Shown in pieces: positions 1-11,198 of a stretch of DNA of 64,000 nt. The position numbers and the translations under genes were made by a program. Each line of letters starts with the position of its first letter. The stretch's first letter is position 1. The notes below the pieces were generated by a model, which saw only the letters and a program-made list of their open reading frames with translations, did no database searches and was not told where the DNA came from. Source of the stretch: Hypanus sabinus. Taxonomy: Eukaryota. The stretch spans positions 21,018,001 to 21,082,000 of the forward strand of contig NC_082722.1 in NCBI RefSeq assembly GCF_030144855.1. The letters run 5' to 3'.

Positions 1-424
1 AGAGACGTAAAATACCTGAAGTTTAATTTAAGGTCCAGAATCCTGAAAATATATTTTCAGACGAGAGCAACAGTTTATAGAAGACTCAGCCAGTTAGATA
101 ACATGAAAACAAAAACAATGTGCAGTGGAATAACATCAGACAGATTGTTCCGAGATTGTTAATTTACCTGTTCATACTTTCCTTTGTATAGCTTGTTATG
201 ATGTGTGGATTACACAGCAATTCTCTTTTCATTGTTTTATTTTTACCCCTACCCCAATATGGAGGATTGATCTGTTAATATTACCTAATTCGTTGGTGTA
301 AATATGGAACGGGCTATTTTCTCAGTAAATACCTTTTGACCATTATAAAGGTAGAAGAAGGATATACTGAGCAGGCAGAATTGTTTAACTTTGTTCTGTA
401 TTTAATTTATTTGCAGAATGATTC

Positions 425-697
425 GGCACAGAACTGAACCTTCCCGTCCAATGAGCAGCCCAAACAGCAACCTACTTACATAAATTCAGTCTAATCACAG
501 GAGAATTTACAATGACGGATGAGCCTACTAACCGGTTCGATTTCAGACTGTCGGATGAAACCGCAGCACCCGGATGAAGTTCTCTCCGTTCACGGGGAGA
601 AAGTCCAAATCCCTTAAAAATGGCGCCATAATTGAACTCTAAACTCTGGAACGCCCTGGTGTGACAGTGTGGCGTTAACCGTTATGCTACCGTAGCG
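425..697 (-). mobile_element. tRNA-derived SINE with V-domain (HE1/DANA-like), degenerate
   Basis: Reverse complement starts ACGGTAGCATAACGGTTAACGCC (tRNA-like head) and contains a decayed TTCTCCCCGTG...CCGGGTGCTGCGGTTTCATCCGACAGTC V-SINE core. Recognised from memory of the family, not by database search. Confidence 0.6.
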
Positions 698-1309
698 ACA
701 ATAATTTCGAAATCATACTAATTTATCTGAAAATAAGTCGCCTTTTTTACATAATCTTCTTTCAGCTATATTTGCACATGATATCATACTTACAACATGG
801 TCGGGGGGGGGGGGTGGGTATTCAATGGATGTTGTCTCTGCTAGAGTTTATGACATTTTAAGAGAATGTTTTACAGGGATTGAACATTAATTTCATGCTG
901 TCTAAACCAATCTGCCTCTCAAACTGAACTAAACGTTGTTTTATCTTTAGTCAAATTACAAATGGTGTGTGCCATACTGTAGCCTTTAGCTCCAGAAATA
1001 CTATTTATTCTTGGCGACAGTCGTTTAACATTCATTTCGTCGCCCCTTTCAGTGATTATGATGCCTTCCCGAAAATTCTAAATTACCAAAATAGCCTGTT
1101 GCATGGAAGCTCACTGCTGACGCCTTAAAAAAGGTGTTGATCAGTACATATTTTCAACATCGTGACCTATTTTGGTCTTATGGAAGGAATTACGTCCTGG
1201 GCCTGGAGAATGTCCACACGAACATGATTGCAGACATCAAATGATTAACAGGGAGGGTGTTGGATGTCACTGTACCTGTAGTGCAAGGAGTTCAGCAAAT
1301 CATAAACCC

Positions 1310-1545
1310 ATAAGAGATAGGAGCTCAATTCGGTAATTAGTTCTATTGAGCCTGCTCTGCCGTTCAATCAAGGAGCATCCAATTTTCCTCTGAGTTTATA
1401 TCTCCTGCCTTCTCCCCGTATCCTTTCATGACCTGACCAATTAAGAATCTATCCACCTCTACTTCAAATATACCTAAAGTATTTGCCTTCTCAGCTCTCT
1501 GTGGTCAATACTTCCTCAGATTCTGAATTGACTCTCACTCTCCTC
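1310..1545 (-). mobile_element. CR1 LINE 3' fragment
   Basis: CATAAGAGATAGGAGC...CTGCCTTCTCCCCGTATCC...AAGAATCTATCCACCTC has the same layout as the CR1 3' ends at 57095-57500. Confidence 0.6.
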
Positions 1546-2914
1546 AAGGTACCCAATATAGCTATAGATATGATACCTACTCATATATGCAGAAATCCCT
1601 TCAGTGATACTCTGCTGGAGGTAGAGCCATGGTACTGAGTCGTATAGTTATCGTCAGAATCGAGTACAGAGCAAAAAGTAAGTAAATAGCTTGAGGTAGA
1701 TTTTGTAACCAGTACTTCTGAAGTAGCTGAAAGCACAATGTAATTCAGACTGGAAAGGTAAACACACTTTGGATGAGAGGGGATTAGCTTCACAAAAGAT
1801 GAAGGTGAGTATAATGCAGAAAACACAATTTTGGAATAACGGGTGCTGCTACACACGTTCAGAAAGTTTCTTCAGGCGATCTTACTTTGGCTAACAAAAT
1901 CGATTTTGCATCATTATAAAATGTTCATCGCAGGCTCATGAATTCATTCCCTCCCCTTCCTTTAAGTGTCAGCATAATTCTTTAATAGGAGTTGAGAATC
2001 AAACCAATTTGGTGAGATTAAACGGTTTCTTTAGCTTCTAAAATTGTTGAATTAGGAGCAAAATTACTGCAGTAAGCGAATCAAATAACATGTTATTTCT
2101 ATAGAAACATAACTTTGCTAAACAGAAAGAAGCCATTCTGGCTGCATTACATATTTATTTGCAAAACATTTAAAGTGAACATTTTAACTTTCCTCCGGAA
2201 TCTGCATTCAACATTTGCCTGGAATATGAATGACTCCTCGTTTCAAAGTGACTGTGTAAATATATGAAGCGTGGATCTGAATGTGTGGATCTTTGCAGAT
2301 ATTCGTATATTGCTAGTAATATGTGATTCAAAATAAAACTACTTGACACTGTGAAAACAAACATTTTAACCCGGTATGAAAATGTAAATCCTATTATATT
2401 TTACAAAATTTCCCAAATTACAAAGTCTGCGAATCTACATGTATGGAAATATAAACAGGTTTCACTGGACCACCCATGTTGCCCTTTTGCACAGCCAACA
2501 TTACCTTTGCTTTACGTTCAGGGTTTGTGTTAAACGATGGTTGATGATTTCACCTAAACTAAGGTTTAAATTAAAAACGAAAGAAACAGGGAAAATCTAA
2601 ATATTCTGAACTCTATAATAGTGTCACAAAAATGTTTATAGCCAGATAATGCCTTGAAAGTTGCAACAGTACTTCGCCTTTATGTTATTCCCATCATGAC
2701 CGACATTACTGCAAAGAAGGAAGACTCTGAGACCCAGGAAAAAACCTTCTAGATATGAGGTGGCAACTTTTTTGATCGAAGTTTATTTCCTAATATTTTT
2801 TTGGAATTATTCAAACAGCCTGAATCTACAACCTACAGAAACAGTAGGTCAATTTGACTGTCGGCGATATTTAAATGATCGTTTGCAATATTAGTATCAC
2901 ATTGCTCTATGCGC

Positions 2915-3775
2915 GAGAGCTGCACCATAGGATGCAGAACTAGGCTGAGGAGTGGTAGTTGGTGTTGAACCCCAAAAAGTGTGAAGTGGTTCATTTTGGT
3001 AGGTCAAATACGATGGTAGCATATAGTTTTAATGGTAAGACTGGTAAGACTCTTGGCAGTGTGAAGAATCACAGGGATCTTGGGGTCCGAGGCCATAGGA
3101 CGCTCAAAGCAGCTGCACAGGTTGACTCTGTGGTTAAGAAGGTGCATGGTGTATTGGCCTTCATCAATCGTGGAATTGAATTTAAGAGCCGAGAGGTAAT
3201 GTTGCAGCTATATAGGAACTTGGTCAGACCCCACTTGGAGTACTCTGCTCATTTCTAGTCGCCTCTCTACAGGAAGGACGTGGAAGCCATAGAAGGTGTG
3301 TAGGGGAGATTAACAAGAATCTTGCCTGGTTTGGGGAGGATGCCTTCTGAGAATAGGTTGAGTGAACTCGGCCGTTACTCCTTGGAGCGAAGGAGGATGA
3401 GAGGTGACCTGACAGAGGTGTACAAAATGCTGAGAGGCGTTGATCGTGAGGATAGTGGGAGGCTTTTCCCAGGGCTAAAATGGTTGCCACAGGAGGACTC
3501 AGGTTTAAGGCTCTGGGGAGTAAGTACAGAGGACCTGTCAGCGGTTGGTTTATTTAATCGGAGAGTGGTGAGTGCGTGGAATGTGCTGCCAGCAACGCTG
3601 GTGGAGGCTGAGGTTTGTAAGATGTTTCTTTTAGAAAGTTACATGGAGCTTAGTACAATAGAGTGCTATAGGTAAGCCTAGTAATTTCTAAGGTAGAGAC
3701 ATGCTCAGCAAAAGTTTGATGACCTAAGAGCCTGTATTGTGCAGTAGTTTTTTCTTTATGTTTCTACGTTTCTAA
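2915..3775 (+). mobile_element. CR1 LINE ORF2 C-terminal part and 3' UTR, disrupted
   Basis: ORFs 2959-3258 (NPKKCEVVHFGRSN...RDLGV...LYRNLVRPHLEY) and 3322-3675 (YSLERRRMRGDL...VVSAWNVLP) carry canonical CR1 post-RT motifs; stops and frameshifts present. Confidence 0.9.
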
Positions 3776-5159
3776 AAATTCCAGCTTACTCATGGAGAAA
3801 AGCAAAACATTGTTTCTCTCATTTGCATTGTTTCAAATGTGAACGTTATCGCTGCTGTAATGTTGTCTAAATATCAACACGTTCCTTTCACTTAACTTGT
3901 AATGATGACAACAAAACGGCAATTAATTCTAATTTTAAAGTAATTTATTTTAACTTATTTAAAAAGCTATACCGTTTCAAATGTACCTAAACCATTTTAT
4001 TTCAATATGTTTTAAAAGTTACATTTAATGTCAGTGAAAATTATACAAAATACATCCTGAAATTCTTTTTCTTCACAAACATCCACGAAGACAGAGGAGT
4101 TCCCCAAAGAATGAATGGCAGTTAAACGTTAAACCCGAAAGACCCACACAACTCATTCCTCCCACCCATAAACAACGAGCCCCCACCCCCACACACCAAC
4201 AAAAATGCATCTGCATCCTCCACCGAGCACTCAAGCTTGCAGTAAAGCATCAAAAAAGACGGAGACTTGCAGTAACCTAAAGATTACTCGTCAACCCGGT
4301 TTTCGACATACCACGGGCTAACTCCGTCCTTAATAGAGGTAGAAGAGATGTCCACGTTTCACAACGAGAGGGGAGACATAACAAAACACCTTGTTAATTC
4401 ATGGTGTTAAACGTCTGTTGCCTCGCTTTTTCCGAGCTCTGTTCCCAAAGCACTGGGGTTTCTGGGCACACAGTCAGCAGCCCCTCGCTGCTTTCGATCT
4501 TCCGTGTACTCCCACGACACATCAGGCGGCGGGAAACGTTATCGTGTCTTCCAGGCCGTGTCCTCGGCATATCTAAAAGCGGACAGTCGTGAGGCCCAGA
4601 GAGCGGCTCCGATTTCCACAGAGAACCGAAGTCCGCATGTAACTAAGTCAGGCTCTTCAGAGGAAACCTGCAAGGGGAAAACGGGATATTAAGGATAGAA
4701 CTAGCGCTTTTTACCGAAGATGCAAACAATGCAGTCTGCATTAGTGCAGTTTTGCTACGAACTGGCCTACGTTAGCACAAACTATAGAGAAATTCGAGAC
4801 AACCAAACTGTTGGAAACACCACTGTCCGTGATTAATTGACAGATGTTGTGATGGAGCAGGAAAATTCAAGCTGCATCCCTGGTTCCATTAGTAAATTAA
4901 ATTGTCCACGTGTTCTGCAAATAAAATTAAGGACCACGATACCCAATCTAGGTATGGAAAGTGAAGACAAGTTGTTTATATCCATCATTGTTAAAAAGAA
5001 ATGGAATTCAGGTACCAGCTGACCAATGACTAACTCAGCGTAGGAAATGCATTCCCCCAGTGAACTCTGCCCAACATTTAGACGAACTGCATCAGCAGAG
5101 AAAGTGAATTCGCATCCATAGACACAATAATAGCAGTGATAAATGTATTAACTACATGA

Positions 5160-5686
5160 AGTATCCAATAAAGTGGCTACATAGTTTATTTCTGTATGTC
5201 CGTGATCTTTTGCTGTTGCAGCCCATCTGCTACAAGGTTCGACGTTTTGTGCTTTCAGAGATGTATTTCTGTACACCATTGCTGTAACACGTGTTTACTG
5301 TCACCTTCCTGTCAGCGTGAACCAGTCTAGCCAGTCACCTCTGGTCTCTATCATTAACTATGACTTTTCGCTCAAAGAATTGTCACTCACTTGATGTGTT
5401 TTCGTGTTTTTTCGCACCATTCTCTTTAAACTTTAGAGACTGTTGAATATGAAGTTCTCAGCCAATCCACAGTTTCTGAGATATTAAATCACCCAGTCAG
5501 ACACCAAGAATCATTCCACGGTCAAAGTCACTTAGCTCGCATTTCTTCCACATTCGGATGTTCGGTCCGAGCAACAACTATACTTTTTGGCCATGTCTGT
5601 ATGCTTTTTTGTCTATATGTCTGACTAGATATTTGCATTAGCGAGCAGGTATGCAGGTTCGCCTAATAAAATGGCAAATGAGTATA
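5160..5686. mobile_element. Tc1/mariner-like DNA transposon remnant
   Basis: Ends in CCTAATAAAATGGCAAATGAGTATA, similar to the CCTAATAAAGTGGCCACTGAGTGTA terminus of fish Tc1-like elements; internal GAACCAGTCTAGCC...CACTCACTTGATGTG text is typical of those elements. No transposase ORF. Confidence 0.5.
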
Positions 5687-6339
5687 TATCTAATTATTCG
5701 AACAATGCGGGATATAGAATACCATGCAGTTTTGCCATTGAGGCAAAATTCGGGGCTGTTCAATGTGCCTGGCTGCAGCGAAATGTTGGAGGTGAGTCAA
5801 AAGAGAAGACAGTTTACCTTCTAATACGGTGGGAATTTCAAAGACATAACTGGAATCTTAAAAGTCTGCAGACTACTGAGAAAACAACTGAACAGAAGTA
5901 GGGCACTTGGCAACGCGACATGTTTCGCCATTCAATAAAATTGTGTCTGATCTGACGGTAACATCAAATTCCGACCCCGCCCATCACAGTAACTTTCGCT
6001 TTCCTGCTTTTTGAGCAGATTTTTATGTCTACAATAAAATCACACAAAAATATAGGTTTCAATGTTTTGTTTCAGGAAGAGACATCCAAAGACACGAAGC
6101 GCTGCGTGTTATTTATGTTTCCACACATGGGCATATAAGACTTTCATAGGTACCTCCTTTAGAGCCGTCAAAATCAAATACATGTCAATCGATACCACTT
6201 CTCCGTTTCTAAACTTCAGCGGATGCAAATGTAGCCAGGCCAACATGCCTTAACTGACTACATGCCCATCTACGGATCATTCTTATATACCAGCACGCAG
6301 AACTGTGTCCAATGTATTTGCACCATTCCGTAAATTGAA

Positions 6340-6990
6340 GTTCAGCGTTCAGAGTAAACTTATCGTCAAAATACGTATTTGTCACCATTTCTTACCCCGA
6401 GACTCATTTACTTGCGGGCATTTGCAGCGCAACAAAGAAATGCAATATATTCAATGAAATAACTGCATACAAAGGCTGACAAACAACCAATGTGCAGAGG
6501 AAGACAAACTGTGCAAATACAGAAAATTGTTATAATCATAAATAATTAGGTAAGGAAATACGCTAAGAACATGAGTTGTTAGGTAACTGAAAGCACGTGT
6601 TTTCCTGATGAAGGGTCCCGGCCCGAAACGTTGGCTACTCTTTTCTCACGGATGCTGCCTGACCTGCTGAGTTCTTCCAGCGTTGTGAACTTATTCTTTG
6701 ATCCACAGCATCTGCAGTTGTATTTTTTGTGTTTTGAAAGCAAGTTCATCGTTTATTGAATCAGTTCAGTATCGAGAAGAGTGAAATTATCCACGTTGAT
6801 TCAGAGGCCTGATGACTGAAGGTAATCATTGTTCCTAAACCTGGTGGTCTGCGACCTAATGCTGCTGTATTTCCGTCCTGATGACAGGAGCGATAAGTGA
6901 GCAATGCTGTGCATTGGCACACTGATCCTGCAGTCAGTCCACCAGTAGTAGTGCCTCGGGTCTATTGATCTGCAGACTTGTCTCCCTCCT
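6340..6990 (-). mobile_element. Rex1/Babar-type LINE 3' end
   Basis: Minus ORF 6801-7040 contains SGRKYSSIRSQTTRFRN, matching the Rex1 ORF C-terminal GRRYRSIxxRTTRxxNSF motif, followed by a typical 3' UTR. Interrupted by the Penelope-like piece at 6600-6735. Confidence 0.65.
6600..6735 (+). mobile_element. Penelope-like terminal-repeat fragment with hammerhead-like core
   Basis: CTGATGA-AGGGTCCCGGCCC-GAAAC-GTT at 6605-6632, then GATGCTGCCTGACCTGCTGAGTTCTTCCAGC; same repeat as at 10110-10185, 31540-31650 and 35935-36060. Confidence 0.7.
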
Positions 6991-7764
6991 TTATATTTAT
7001 TTTCTGGAGATATATGTACTACCTGGCATATACCCCGCAAAACTCTGCTGCATGTTTTCTTTGTTTCGACAGTGTCTTATGCTTTCCTGTGCTTTTCCAC
7101 CCCATTAATTCTGAACAAATTTATGCTGTTTAAAGTATAGAGATGTAAGCTTTAGCGCTAAAGCATTTAAAACTAAAAATGTATCGGCAGTCTTATTCAA
7201 TTGTTAACTAGGAGCTACCACCACAATCCCAACCGTTCTCAAACGAGATCAATTTTTATCAGCCAACTTGTTTTTAACTGTTTAGTAATCGGTCCAAGTT
7301 ACTGCTCCATTCTGACACATCATGAAGAGTGGACTAATGGAGAACAGAGAGTGTTTCATGTAGAACTAATCAGAGTCCTCTCATCTTTAGGATTCAAGTG
7401 TCGATAAAAAGGAATATCTGAAGATCAAGGCAGTACTCTCGACGGAAAACTTAACTTCTGGAAATAGTGTTTTCTGCTACGGACAGATTTTTGTATCCGG
7501 CATCACAGATTGCCTGGAACTTAAAACTGTGCTCTCTCTCATTAGAATAGTCTACAGAGCAACAGAAAAATAATGTTCGCAGTGTCCATATCCTCTCCTG
7601 GCTAAAATCCGCTAAAAACAGACCTCAATTACACCCCGTAGGATCCAATAGACAAATAATGTGTTACCTATGAACCCTTAGGTCCCAAGCAGCTACATAA
7701 TTTCAGATCTGAAAGGACAGGAGATACAATTTAATAATGATGACAAAGCTCCTATGAAAACAGC

Positions 7765-9325
7765 ATAACACATATAACCATATAACCATATAACAATTAC
7801 AGCACGGAAACAGACCATCTCGGCCCTTCTAGTCCGTGCCGAACGCTTACTCTCACCTAGTCCCAACGACCTGCACTCAGCCCATAACCCTCCATTCATT
7901 TCCTGTCCATAGACCTACCCATTTTTTAATGACAATAACGAACCTGCCTCTACCACTTCTGCTGGAAGCTTGATCCACACAGCTACCACTCTCTGAGTAA
8001 AGAAGCTCCTCCTTGTGTTACCCCCAATCTTTCTCTCCTTAACCCTCAACTCATGTCCTGTTCTTTGAATCCCTCTATTTTAAATGGGAAAAGCCTATCC
8101 ACGTCAACTCTATCTAGCCGCCTCATATTTTTTTTAAACTTTTTTATTGCATTTTTAAATGATTACAAAGTATGAAAAAACAATGTATATAACCCATACC
8201 CCCTCCCCTTAACCCCTCCCCCCTAACTGCCCTATAGAAAAAAAAAGAAAGAAAGAAAGAAAGAAAGAAAGAATGCCTGGTGGTTGGAAGATCTCCACAT
8301 GCTCCATGGAATTCGTAATAATTTTAATATGTATATTTATTTCTTTCCCCTAATAACCAATTGTTTCATCTTCAAAGCATCTATATATTTAATCCTGTCT
8401 TTTGTAAATAAGGGCTCCAAATTTTCAAAAATGTTTCATACTTATCTCTTAAATTATAAGTAATTTTTTCTAATGGAATACAACCATAGATTTCTTTCTT
8501 CCAAGAATCTATACTTAAATGTGTATCCGATTTCCAAGTAACTGCAATCTTTAATTCAAAATAGACTTATTCCTTTCACAATGGACAATCAACGTTTATA
8601 TAATTGGATTCAAAATGGGATTAGATATATAGGGAATTGTTTTGAAGGAGGTATATTAATGTCATTTGAACAATTAAAGAATAAATATAAAATATCAAAC
8701 AACACTTTATTTTGTTACTTTCAATTAAGGGCTTATTTAAGAGAAAAATTAGGTCAAACAATGTTATTGCCGAAATCTAATGAAATAGAAATTTTAATTC
8801 AAAAAGGAAATATCAAAAAATTTATATCTTACATGTATAATTTGATTCAAAGACAGGTAATTAAGCAAGGAGTCCATAAGTCAAGACAAAAATGGGAAAG
8901 TGATTTGAATATTAAAATTGAAGAAACAAATTGGTCAAGACTATGTCTTGACAGTATGACAAATACAATAAATGTTCGGTTAAGATTAGTGCAGTATAAT
9001 TTTCTACATCAATTATATATTACACCACAAAAAATAAAAAAAATTAATCCAAATTTATCGGTTCAGTGTTTCCGATGTAACCAGGAAACTGGTACTTTTT
9101 TACATTCGACATGGTCTTGCTCTAAAATTCAACCTTTTTGGACAAATTTAAGACTTTTACTGGAACAAATTACAGGAACACAATTTCCTCATAATCCAAT
9201 ATTATTTTTACTAGGTGATATTGAAGGGATAAAACCGAAACTCAAACTAAATAAGTATCAGAAAGAATTTATAAAAACCGCCTCATATTTTTAAATACCT
9301 TTATCAAGTCCCCCTTCAACCTTCA
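7765..9325 (-). mobile_element. CR1 3' fragment (7765-8132 plus 9293-9325) split by an L1 insertion
   Basis: Tandem tail (ATATAACC)n at about 7772-7793. The CR1 text TCAACTCTATCTAGCCGCCTCATATTTTT resumes after the L1 as AAATACCTTTATCAAGTCCCCC. Confidence 0.75.
8133..9277. mobile_element. 5'-truncated, 5'-inverted L1/Tx1-type LINE with 15-bp TSD
   Basis: 8133-8548 (minus) encodes the ORF2 extreme C-terminus IAVTWKSD...FLKIWSPYL plus 3' UTR and tail. 8549-9277 (plus) encodes the adjacent upstream part with the zinc finger CFRCNQETGTFLHSTWSC, ending KYQKEFIK. TSD CCGCCTCATATTTTT at 8118-8132 and 9278-9292. Confidence 0.9.
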
Positions 9326-9894
9326 ATGCTGCAAAGAATAACATACCAACCCTTCGTGGAAATTCGGAAACATAACTGCTCAATATATCGAGGCGTTTGG
9401 CATGGTAATCAGTATCTTAACGCCGTTCGTAGGAAGCACGTGGAAGCTCAGTATTGTTTCATCGCCAACCAGAATAAGTTTAAATATCCAGTATTGTCTT
9501 TTTATAAATGGATAACAATTTATGCCCTGCCAGGTTAATTTATTTTTTTGTTCGATGTACTATCCTATTCTCTGCCGTTTACGTTGTTGGAATCTAGGAG
9601 ATATTTCAAAAAGCAGAATTTCCCGCAACGCCCCTGCTCGTGCTTATTGGATTGTAAATGGAGCCTCGGAACTGCAATCAATCATTGGAGACTTCCTCGA
9701 AGCGCCCTTTATAAATTATAACGCAGTATCTCTTGTATCACCTTCATCATTAAACTGAATAACTTGCTGCTTGAACTCTAAGCTCTCTCTTTATGTGATC
9801 AAAATCCTATACCATCAATCTATTTCTTTCACAGACAGCATTTGCTGCTGCTTTTCGCTGATTTCTTCGTGTGAGCTGGTCACAGCAGCGAGTA

Positions 9895-10185
9895 AGGAAC
9901 CTGAGTATAATGGGTGGAAATACGAGGAGTACTGCAGATGCTGGAAATTCAAGCAACACATCGTCAGGACCATGATCTTCCCCCTCTCCAGCTGTGTATC
10001 CCTTTTGTGAATCAACTTCCCAGCTCTTAGCTTAATCCCTCCCCCTCCTATCTTCTCCAATCATTTCGGAGCTCCCCGTCCCTCTCCCACTTTTGAATTT
10101 GTTACTACCTCAGCCCGAAACGTCGACTGTAGTTCTTCATAAAGATGCTGCCTGGTCCGCTGCGTTCCACGAGCATTTTGTATGA
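9895..10185. mobile_element. Penelope-like repeat fragments (two pieces, opposite orientation)
   Basis: GAGGAGTACTGCAGATGCTGGAAATTC (reverse end) at about 9923-9950; CT-rich tract, GCCCGAAACGTCGACTG and GATGCTGCCTGG (forward) at 9980-10185. Confidence 0.6.
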
Positions 10186-11028
10186 GTCGCCGGAGTATTA
10201 TGGGACCGTACTTTGAAATAAAAAGCCTGAAATCTGTCATTGGAAGTAATTCCTTGAAGTTTTCACATTATATGCTTTTGTTTCATGAAACTTCAACATT
10301 TAAATAACATTCAAATTGCAGAAGAAATTAGCATCAGTGCTCATAATTCAAAATCATACGTTATGCCGCAGACTTGTACATGACAATATCCGAGGGAATA
10401 TACTTGCTTTTCAAGTCAGTCTCGTTCATCATTTCGCTTTTGGTTTGTAATCCAGACATTAAGCAGTAGTTCATTTGTCGAACCGTTATAACCAAACCCT
10501 AAATAAAATTATCAAGAGAAACAAACTATTCATTTATATAACACTGTCCCTACATGTCGCGGCTTAAAACCTTTTGGTCATAAGCGCGGAACTGCTTTAC
10601 TAGAGAAACCAGCAGGGTGCTATTTCACTGAAAGTATATGATTGAAATGGAGCAACATTGCTAAGGTAAATTGGAATGAAGAAATGTTGGTATTATTTTT
10701 GTCCGCCTATCTTATTAGACATTTTTCAACTCCTAACCGGATTTCCATCTGTACCATGTTACGATCCCCGTAACTGGGTCACTTACCAGCAAAGATAGAG
10801 AGGTCTGTTAAAGTCTGATGGTACTATTTTTAACAGTATTAATTAGTAAAAATACACAAAAATAATATCAATTCAAACATTCAGATAATATACGTCGTCA
10901 ATGCTAAATCTAAAAGTGCGGGTATAATGTATAATAATAATCAATAAGAAATAAGCTCTATCGTTGTCTAGGGGATAATGTATTGTCTGATAGAAATATA
11001 AAAAGCCACTCAGTTCCTGCAGGCTGCA

Positions 11029-11198
11029 NNNNNNNNNNNNNNNNNNNNNNNNNNNNNNNNNNNNNNNNNNNNNNNNNNNNNNNNNNNNNNNNNNNNNNNN
11101 NNNNNNNNNNNNNNNNNNNNNNNNNNNNNNNNNNNNNNNNNNNNNNNNNNNNNNNNNNNNNNNNNNNNNNNNNNNNNNNNNNNNNNNNNNNNNNNNNN
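11029..11198. other. Assembly gap (170 N) inside the left LTR
   Basis: Run of N; the sister LTR has 52 bp (21839-21890, GA-rich) between the same flanks. Confidence 0.98.

Noticed and set aside
1581-1856. 91-aa Ser/Thr-rich minus ORF as an Ig or mucin exon
   Set aside because: Only one Cys in a plausible position, no Trp or FYP motif, and no usable donor before the stop.
8581-9294. 237-aa ORF as a host gene
   Set aside because: It is the inverted part of an L1 ORF2, bounded by the TSD.
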